Source: Gammaproteobacteria bacterium
Lineage (GTDB): Bacteria > Pseudomonadota > Gammaproteobacteria > Eutrophobiales > Eutrophobiaceae
Reading direction: 5' to 3'
Assembly (NCBI GenBank): GCA_965221695.1
Contig: OZ244905.1
Span: forward strand, 1,472,001-1,536,000
DNA: 64,000 bases
Shown: one piece after another, positions 56,131-64,000 of the stretch
Layout of the letters: every line of letters begins with the position of its first letter
Numbering within the stretch: position 1 is the first letter of the stretch
Translations under genes and position numbers: made by a program
Notes under the pieces: generated by a model
Told to the model about the DNA's origin: nothing
What the model saw: the letters and a program-made list of their open reading frames with translations, nothing else
The model's database searches: none

Positions 56131-57045
56131 ATGAAATTACCGACACAAAGATTCAACTTTGACTTCATGGGCAAACGCAAGGTTGCGGCGCTGTTCTCCG
56201 CGTTGCTGCTCAGCGTTTCCATCACCTCCCTGGTCACGCAGAAACTCAATTTCGGCATTGATTTCACCGGCGGCACGCTGGTGGAGGTCGGTTACAGCGA
56301 GACCGTGGAACTGAACGAGGTGAGGAGCGTGCTGTCCGCCACCGAGTTCAGGGATGCGGTGGTCCAGTATTTCGGTTCCGCCAACGACATCTTGATCCGG
56401 GTCGCCCAGGTTGAGGGCATGAACAGCGCGGACATCAGTAACGAGATAATTGGAGTCCTGGAACAATCCGGCCATGCGGTCGAGGTTCGGCGCGTAGAAT
56501 TCGTCGGTCCCCAGGTGGGCGAAGACCTGCAGGAAGACGGCGGGCTGGCGTTGATCTATGCGCTGATCATGGTTTTCATTTATATTGCGTTCCGCTTCCA
56601 GCGGCTGTTTTCCGTCGGCGCGATTGCCGCGCTGGTGCATGACGTTATCATCACCGTCGGCATCTTTTCTGTGTTGCAACTCGATTTCGACCTGACCGTG
56701 CTGGCGGCGCTGTTGGCGGTTATCGGTTATTCGCTCAACGATACCATCGTGGTCTTCGACCGTATTCGGGAAAATTTTCGCCGCATACGCAAGGGCGCGC
56801 CGGTCGAGATCGTCAACGCGTCGTTGAACCAGACCCTGACCCGCACCTTGATCACCTCCCTGACCACCTTGCTGGTATTATCCGCGCTGTTCTTCCTGGG
56901 AGGCGAACTCATACGTCCATTCTCAAGCGCGCTGATCATCGGCGTCATCATCGGCACCTATTCCTCCATATACGTTGCCAGCCCCGTCACCCTGGCGCTG
57001 GGCATCAGCAAACAGGACCTGATGCCGGTTGAAAAAGAGGAATAA
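56131..57045 (+). CDS. secF: Protein translocase subunit SecF
   Basis: GIDFTGG, GYSLNDTIVVFDRIRE, GTYSS. Confidence 0.98.
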   Translation: MKLPTQRFNFDFMGKRKVAALFSALLLSVSITSLVTQKLNFGIDFTGGTLVEVGYSETVELNEVRSVLSATEFRDAVVQYFGSANDILIRVAQVEGMNSADISNEIIGVLEQSGHAVEVRRVEFVGPQVGEDLQEDGGLALIYALIMVFIYIAFRFQRLFSVGAIAALVHDVIITVGIFSVLQLDFDLTVLAALLAVIGYSLNDTIVVFDRIRENFRRIRKGAPVEIVNASLNQTLTRTLITSLTTLLVLSALFFLGGELIRPFSSALIIGVIIGTYSSIYVASPVTLALGISKQDLMPVEKEE

Positions 57046-57113
57046 CATGCGGTCAGCGTAAAACCGGAACACAGTGGTCAGAAACGGCCCGTTGTTTCCT
57101 GTTGATACCTGAT

Positions 57114-58256
57114 ATGAAGATCACCGCAGACAGCGCCATCCCCTATGCCGAGCGCCTTTTTTCGACCCTGGGCGAGGTGGAACCGGTAGACACCGCGGCG
57201 CTCAGCGCTGATTCACTTAGTGATACCGATTGCCTGGTAATCCGCTCGGTAACCAGGGTGGACCGGGACCTGCTGGACGGCACAAAAGTACGCTGTGTCG
57301 CCAGCGCCTCGAGCGGAATTGACCATGTGGACCAGGATTACCTGCATTCTCGGGGCATCCCGCTGTTATCCGCAACAGGTTGCAACGCCCGCGCGGTCGC
57401 CGAATACGTGCTCAGTTGCCTGTTCGTACTGGCGCAACAATACGGCGTGGAACTGGAAGACAAAACCGTTGGTATTATCGGCTGCGGCCAGGTGGGCGGA
57501 CAGTTACGCAGATTGTTGCGGCTGCTGGGTATCGAGACCCGGGTCTACGACCCGTTTATCAGGGATGAAAACGGTCATTTTAACTTCCGGAACCTGGAGC
57601 AAGCGCTGTCCTCGGACATAATCAGCCTGCATGTTCCGCTGACGCGGTCTGGCGACTACCCCACCGCGCGCATGGTTGACCGAGAATTCCTAGACAAGCT
57701 GAAGCCTGATGTCATCTTCATCAATACTGCGCGCGGCGCGGTCGTGCACGAACAGGACCTTATCGATTTCGCCGGGCGCAACCCGGCGTGCCGCCTGGCG
57801 CTGGATGTCTGGGACAACGAACCCGAAATCAATATTGAACTGCTGGGGCACACGGCGCTGGCCACGCCTCATGTGGCCGGCTACAGCGCCCGGGCGAAAC
57901 TGAATGCTACGCGCATGACTTATGAGCAGGTCTGTGCCTGGGTCGGCGCGCCGGCCGCGGCGGCAGACGATACAGTAATGCCGGGAGAGCAGATGGAGTT
58001 CAACCTATCCGGATTCGACGAGCCTTTCGATGCCGTCAGGCTGGCCGTCCTGGCCTGTTATGACGTGCGCACGGATTGCGCAGCGTTCAGGGAGATAGAA
58101 TCCGTTGGCGGGCACTGCAGGAGTGATTTTTTTACGACAGCAAGAGCAGATTATTCTTTCAGGCGGGAATTTCCCGATTTGCGGGTAGTCCTGCCCGGTA
58201 ATGACCGCGGCATACGTGATCAATTGTCCGGCCTGGGATTTGACGTTGTCGGTTAA
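57114..58256 (+). CDS. pdxB: Erythronate-4-phosphate dehydrogenase
   Basis: MKITAD, IRSVT, GCNARAVAEY, LDVWDNEP, TPHVAGYS. Confidence 0.93.
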   Translation: MKITADSAIPYAERLFSTLGEVEPVDTAALSADSLSDTDCLVIRSVTRVDRDLLDGTKVRCVASASSGIDHVDQDYLHSRGIPLLSATGCNARAVAEYVLSCLFVLAQQYGVELEDKTVGIIGCGQVGGQLRRLLRLLGIETRVYDPFIRDENGHFNFRNLEQALSSDIISLHVPLTRSGDYPTARMVDREFLDKLKPDVIFINTARGAVVHEQDLIDFAGRNPACRLALDVWDNEPEINIELLGHTALATPHVAGYSARAKLNATRMTYEQVCAWVGAPAAAADDTVMPGEQMEFNLSGFDEPFDAVRLAVLACYDVRTDCAAFREIESVGGHCRSDFFTTARADYSFRREFPDLRVVLPGNDRGIRDQLSGLGFDVVG

Positions 58257-58260
58257 CCCG

Positions 58261-58857
58261 GTGAACCTCGGGTTTCTGGCCTCCCATAACGGCAGCAACA
58301 TGCAGGCCGTTATCGATGCCTGCCGCTCGGGGAGACTGGCTGCGAGTCCTGTGGTGGTCATCAGCAACAATGTGGATTCCGGCGCCTTGGAACGCGCCCG
58401 TAACGAAAGAATCCCCTGTTATCACCTGAGCAACCGCACCCACCCGGACCCCGAGGACCTGGACAGGCAAATCGTCGATGTCCTGCTCGAACATGGGGTC
58501 AACCTGGTGATTCTGGCCGGGTACATGAAGAAAATCGGCCCCGTGACGCTGGCGACATTCCCCGGCCATATCCTGAACATCCATCCGGGCCTGTTGCCCG
58601 ACTTCGGTGGCCAGGGCATGTATGGCCGGCGCGTGCATGAAGCCGTACTGGCCGCGGGCGCCGGGACCACCGGCGCGACCGTCCACGTGGTGGACGCGAT
58701 CTACGATAACGGCCCGATACTCGCGCAAAAGAAAGTCAAGGTAAAAAAGACGGATACGGCAGACAGCCTGGCCCGGCGCGTGCTGGCGCTGGAGCATGAA
58801 CTCTACGTGGAGACTATTGACCGGATAATCCGCGCGGAGATACGGCTTCCAGGGTAA
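58261..58857 (+). CDS. purN: Phosphoribosylglycinamide formyltransferase
   Basis: GSNMQA, LAGYM, NIHPGLLP, GATVH, EHELY; GTG start. Confidence 0.93.
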   Translation: MNLGFLASHNGSNMQAVIDACRSGRLAASPVVVISNNVDSGALERARNERIPCYHLSNRTHPDPEDLDRQIVDVLLEHGVNLVILAGYMKKIGPVTLATFPGHILNIHPGLLPDFGGQGMYGRRVHEAVLAAGAGTTGATVHVVDAIYDNGPILAQKKVKVKKTDTADSLARRVLALEHELYVETIDRIIRAEIRLPG

Positions 58858-58886
58858 GACAGGTCATGATGGTTTTCTGACCTGTT

Positions 58887-59300
58887 TTACTCAACCGTTA
58901 TCGTAATCTGTTCTGACATCACCGCAGGTTCATGGGGAATGTGGGCAAAATCTCCCAACAGAAGTTGCAGTGTGTGTTCCCCCGGAGGCAACTCCAGCGT
59001 AACTTCCGTCTGGCCACCGCCAAAATGCAGGTGGTTAGCGTCATTGATGATGGGAAAATCGAGCGCCGGCAACTCCGTGTTCACCAGCAAGTGATGGTGG
59101 CCGCTGTTGTCGTACTTGATGCCGGCGGGCGCTACGCCCATGTTCTTCAGCCCGAAGCGGACGGTGACCGGATTTGACACCGTTGCGCCGGCGGCAGGCG
59201 AGATGAAATAAAGTTCGGCATTCTCCGGAGCAGGAGTTCGCTGTTGGGCGAATACGGAAAATGCACATACGGCAAGGAGCAAGAAAACCAGTTTATTCAT
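58887..59300 (-). CDS. DUF4399-like exported protein
   Basis: Signal peptide, GHHHLLVN, HFGGGQTE, LPPGEHTLQL. Confidence 0.8.
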   Translation of the reverse strand: MNKLVFLLLAVCAFSVFAQQRTPAPENAELYFISPAAGATVSNPVTVRFGLKNMGVAPAGIKYDNSGHHHLLVNTELPALDFPIINDANHLHFGGGQTEVTLELPPGEHTLQLLLGDFAHIPHEPAVMSEQITITVE

Positions 59301-59510
59301 TTGCAAACCTCTTTGATTCAGTAATTTGTCCGAGTATCTCACTACCAATTGATGCGATGATCGCTGAGGATTTACAGATTACCATAATTCATTGACAGCA
59401 AACATCTATCCGATGCTGACAAGCGAGTTGGCGAAATTGTCAGACCAGTATGAGACCATGAAACAGAAAATCATGGACATGTTTTACCGTATGATGGTTT
59501 AATTGATATC

Positions 59511-62003
59511 GTGTCGGAAAACCAAATCACTACATTGTACGAGCGGTACATTCTCGGCCGTCCCCGGTCGGCGCTGGCGGTCCTGCTCGCCCTGTTCGCT
59601 TTTTTTGGCTGGCATGCCAGGGACTTCAAACTGGATGCCTCCACCGATACCCTGATCCTCGAAAGTGACGAAGACCTGCGCACATTGCGTCAGGTGAACA
59701 AGCGTTATGCAACCCGGGAGTTCCTGGTCGTGACGTTCACTCCCGCCACTGACCTGTTCTCGGATGAGTCGCTGGAAACAATTCGCCGGTTGCGGGACGA
59801 CCTGGAACAACTGCCGGGGGTCGATTCGGTGTTCACACTGATCGATGCGCCACTGGTAAAAATCGTCGGCGGCAAACTGGCCGAGGTGGCCACCAACTAT
59901 CGCACATTGGAGGACCCGGAGGTGGACCGGGAGCGGGCGCGGGAAGAACTCCTGGCCAGTCCCATATTCCTGGACCTGCTGATCAGCCGCGATGCCGGAA
60001 CAACGGCGCTGCAGGTCAACCTGAAAAACAACGCGGCCTTCATCGATGCTCAGAAACGGAGAAACGAACTGCTGATAACACGGGACACCGAGGGTCTGAC
60101 CGCAGCGGAACAGCTCGAACTGGCGCAGATCCAGCAACAGTACGATGCGGCCAAGAAGGAAGTCACCCGGCTCAACCATGAAACCGTTGCCGCAACCCGT
60201 GCGGTGATGGACCGCTACCGGGACCGGGGCATCCTTTACCTCGGCGGTATTCCGATGATTGCGGACGACATGATCACGTTCATCAAGAACGACCTGTTGG
60301 TATTTGGCTCAGGCGTATTCGCGTTCCTGATAATCATGTTGTCAATCATCTTCCGCCAGGCCAGGTTCGTGTTGCTGCCCCTGTGCAGTTGCGCGTTTAC
60401 GGTGGTCATCATGATGGGGCTACTGGGCATGACCGGCTGGCCGGTAACGGTGATTTCATCCAATTTCATCTCGCTGATGCTGATTCTCACTATGTCGATG
60501 AACGTGCACCTGGTAGTGCGTTACCGCCAACTGAGCCGTGATTTTGCCGGCCAAGGTCAGAAGCAACTGGTATCCGATACCGTTCGCCGCATGGTCTGGC
60601 CCTGTCTGTACACCGCGTTGACCACGATGATCGGTTTCGGCTCGTTGGTGGTTAGCGATATCAAGCCCGTAATTGATTTCGGCTGGATGATGGCCCTGGG
60701 GCTTTGCGTTACCTTTATGACCTCATTCCTGCTGTTTCCGACGATACTGGTGTCACTGAAGAAAAAGATCACGTATCCGGGCAAGGAAGAGGCGCCATTC
60801 ACCGCGGTACTGGCGAGGTTCACCGAGAAGTTCGGCAACGGCGTGCTGGCAATCGCGCTGCTGCTGGCCGTGCTCAGCGTTTACGGCGTATCACGTTTGA
60901 AGGTTGAAAACAGCTTTGTTAACTACTTCAGCGATTCCACGGAAATACACCAGGGGCTGAAACTGATCGATGATGAACTGGGCGGCACTGCGCCCTTGGA
61001 CGTTGTTCTGAAATTCGATCCGGTCAAGGAATTCGGGGAAGAAGATGCGTCAGAGGACGATGAATTTGCCGACCTGGACGACCTGTTCGGCGGCTTCGAT
61101 ACGGAACCCGCGGACCCGGCGGATTCCTGGTTTACCGCGTACAAGATCGATCGCATCAAAGCGGTGCACGACTACCTGGACAGTCTGCCTGCCGTGGGCA
61201 AGGTCCAGTCACTGGCTTCGGTGCTGCGCCTGGCGGAAGACCTGAACGAGGGCGAGGAGTTCGATGCTTTCGAGCTGGCGATCATCAACAAGAAACTGCC
61301 GCCGGAGATCAAGGAACAACTGATTGATCCGTATATCTCCATCGAGGACAACGAAGCCCGCATCAACATGCGCATCCTGGATTCCCTGCCCGACCTGCGC
61401 CGCAAGCAGTTCCTGGAAAAAATCAGCGCAGACCTGCGTGCCGAATTGGGCCTGACCGACGATGAGTTCCAGGTCAGCGGCGCGATGGTGTTGTACAACA
61501 ATATGCTGCAAAGCCTGTTTACTTCCCAGATTGAAACCCTGGGGGTCGTGATGCTGGGCATTGCCCTGATGTTGCTGGTACTGTTCCGGTCCTTGTCTCT
61601 GGCCATCATCGGCATCCTGCCGAATATCCTGGCTGCCGGCATCATCCTGGGGCTTATGGGCATCCTGGACATCCCCCTGGACATGATGACGATCACCATC
61701 GCCGCGATCACAATCGGCATCGCGGTGGACAACAGCATCCATTACATCTACCGCTTCCGCGAGGAGCGCCCGAACCAGCCGGACTATATTTCCACGCTAC
61801 ACTACTGCCACGCCAACATTGGGCGTGCGGTGTTCTATACGGCTATCACCATCATCATCGGCTTTTCCATCCTGGTGATGTCGAATTTCATACCGACTAT
61901 CTATTTCGGCCTGCTCACAGCGCTGGCGATGTTCATCGCGCTACTTGCAGCCCTCACCCTGCTGCCCAAGCTAATCCTGGTGTTCCGGCCTTTCGGCGAG
62001 TAA
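59511..62003 (+). CDS. MMPL/RND family transporter
   Basis: Two TM repeats with periplasmic loops, LTTMIGFGSL, GIAVDNSIH. Confidence 0.9.
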   Translation: MSENQITTLYERYILGRPRSALAVLLALFAFFGWHARDFKLDASTDTLILESDEDLRTLRQVNKRYATREFLVVTFTPATDLFSDESLETIRRLRDDLEQLPGVDSVFTLIDAPLVKIVGGKLAEVATNYRTLEDPEVDRERAREELLASPIFLDLLISRDAGTTALQVNLKNNAAFIDAQKRRNELLITRDTEGLTAAEQLELAQIQQQYDAAKKEVTRLNHETVAATRAVMDRYRDRGILYLGGIPMIADDMITFIKNDLLVFGSGVFAFLIIMLSIIFRQARFVLLPLCSCAFTVVIMMGLLGMTGWPVTVISSNFISLMLILTMSMNVHLVVRYRQLSRDFAGQGQKQLVSDTVRRMVWPCLYTALTTMIGFGSLVVSDIKPVIDFGWMMALGLCVTFMTSFLLFPTILVSLKKKITYPGKEEAPFTAVLARFTEKFGNGVLAIALLLAVLSVYGVSRLKVENSFVNYFSDSTEIHQGLKLIDDELGGTAPLDVVLKFDPVKEFGEEDASEDDEFADLDDLFGGFDTEPADPADSWFTAYKIDRIKAVHDYLDSLPAVGKVQSLASVLRLAEDLNEGEEFDAFELAIINKKLPPEIKEQLIDPYISIEDNEARINMRILDSLPDLRRKQFLEKISADLRAELGLTDDEFQVSGAMVLYNNMLQSLFTSQIETLGVVMLGIALMLLVLFRSLSLAIIGILPNILAAGIILGLMGILDIPLDMMTITIAAITIGIAVDNSIHYIYRFREERPNQPDYISTLHYCHANIGRAVFYTAITIIIGFSILVMSNFIPTIYFGLLTALAMFIALLAALTLLPKLILVFRPFGE

Positions 62004-62129
62004 AACCAGGCGCCGGAGGCGACTCTGTACATAAACGGAACTTTTTGAAATAAATTCTTTCTCAATTGCCAGGTTCAAATATAATATAGGGCTGTGCTAT
62101 AGATAAATTCAATCGGGAGATACCAGACC

Positions 62130-62762
62130 ATGAGACGGAAACTTTTCTATTTTGTGATATTGCTGTTGCCGGCGCTGACGGTAACTTCGGCTACAGAGGA
62201 CATTGACAAGCCTGAGGATGTAATTCTGACTACGGTGGATAGCGTGATCGCCCGCATTACCGCGGAAAGAGAGATGCTTGATGCGCAACCGGAAACAGTA
62301 TATGACCTGATAAACGACCTGATCGTGCCCGTCTTCGATTTCAAGAACATGTCCAGGTGGATACTGGGCAAGCATTGGAAGGAGGCCAGTGAAGAGCAAC
62401 GCAACACGTTCACCAATGAATTCCAGGCGCTACTGGTGCGTACTTATGCCAAGGCAGTGCTGGGTTTTACCAACGAGCAGGTCAATTATGTGGAAACCCT
62501 GACAGGCTCCAAGCCCAATATCGTGATGGTAAAGACCGAGATAGAGTCGGACAACGGCGTCACACCGGTCAATTACACGATGCATATCAGCGACGGGAGC
62601 TGGAAAGTAATAAACGTGGCCTTTGAAGGCATAAGCCTGGTCGAGACATACCGGAAGTCTTTTGCCTCCGAGATCCGCAATAACGGCCTGGCAACCCTGT
62701 TGCAGAAGCTGGTGGACAAGAACGAAAAACTGGAACAGTCCCTGGTGACTGAAGATGCCTGA
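62130..62762 (+). CDS. mlaC: MlaC/Ttg2D phospholipid-binding protein
   Basis: FDFKNMSRWILG, LLVRTY, WKVINVAFEGISL. Confidence 0.9.
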   Translation: MRRKLFYFVILLLPALTVTSATEDIDKPEDVILTTVDSVIARITAEREMLDAQPETVYDLINDLIVPVFDFKNMSRWILGKHWKEASEEQRNTFTNEFQALLVRTYAKAVLGFTNEQVNYVETLTGSKPNIVMVKTEIESDNGVTPVNYTMHISDGSWKVINVAFEGISLVETYRKSFASEIRNNGLATLLQKLVDKNEKLEQSLVTEDA

Positions 62763-62833
62763 GAAACAGGTTAGCGGCCAATGAGAAACACGGGTAATCC
62801 GCATCGCCGCTTTGTGCGGGAGGAGCGCTGACC

Positions 62834-63094
62834 ATGCAGGTTGAAGACATTGCAGAATTGATTAAATCCGGTGTCCCGGATTGCGAGGTCGAAGTAGATG
62901 GTGACGGCACACATTTCACCGCGATCATCGTGAGCAATGTGTTTGCAGGAAAGAACATGGTACAGCAGCACCAACTGGTCTACGGCGCTCTCGGAGACAA
63001 GATGGGAGGTGAAATCCACGCTCTTTCGATACAAACCTACACACCGGAAGAATGGAAAAAAAAGAGCGCGTTTCGGGTCATCTCTTCGACATAA
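62834..63094 (+). CDS. ibaG: BolA/IbaG family protein
   Basis: GDGTHF, HQLVY, IHALSI; directly upstream of murA. Confidence 0.88.
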   Translation: MQVEDIAELIKSGVPDCEVEVDGDGTHFTAIIVSNVFAGKNMVQQHQLVYGALGDKMGGEIHALSIQTYTPEEWKKKSAFRVISST

Positions 63095-63101
63095 TCACTG
63101 A

Positions 63102-64000
<899 letters not shown>

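Noticed and set aside
62030-62062. ggaactttttgaaataaattc as another repeat copy
   Set aside because: Too degenerate to call.

Overview
Gammaproteobacterial chromosomal window, gene-dense and moderately GC-rich. Core blocks (ybbA/ybbP-like ABC, dnaQ, rnhA, yafS-like, mltD, aas, pcm; yajC-secD-secF-pdxB-purN; MMPL-mlaC-bolA-murA) frame several accessory blocks: a GT2/nucleoside-phosphorylase/SPL-like radical SAM operon; a catabolic cluster (TonB receptor, MDR, UbiD, hydantoinase A/B, Rieske oxygenase); selB plus tRNA-Sec; a DUF2946-like leader/TonB receptor/DUF3526 ABC module; an AT-richer defence island (Fic, TA genes, Toprim protein, type I R-M with nested insertions); methanethiol oxidase with an SCO-MauG fusion; and a two-subunit NAD-linked formate dehydrogenase. 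Most notable: (1) a ~160 bp five-hairpin repeat whose two full copies show a compensatory change in every stem, plus short solo-hairpin copies often at stop codons; (2) a type I R-M operon whose insertions all appear to preserve translational coupling, including a 323-codon antisense bridge ORF ending in a duplicated hsdR tail; (3) a candidate HEPN RNase inserted into a broken AlbA_2/Schlafen-like gene. All calls come from reading the sequence by eye; no searches were run.
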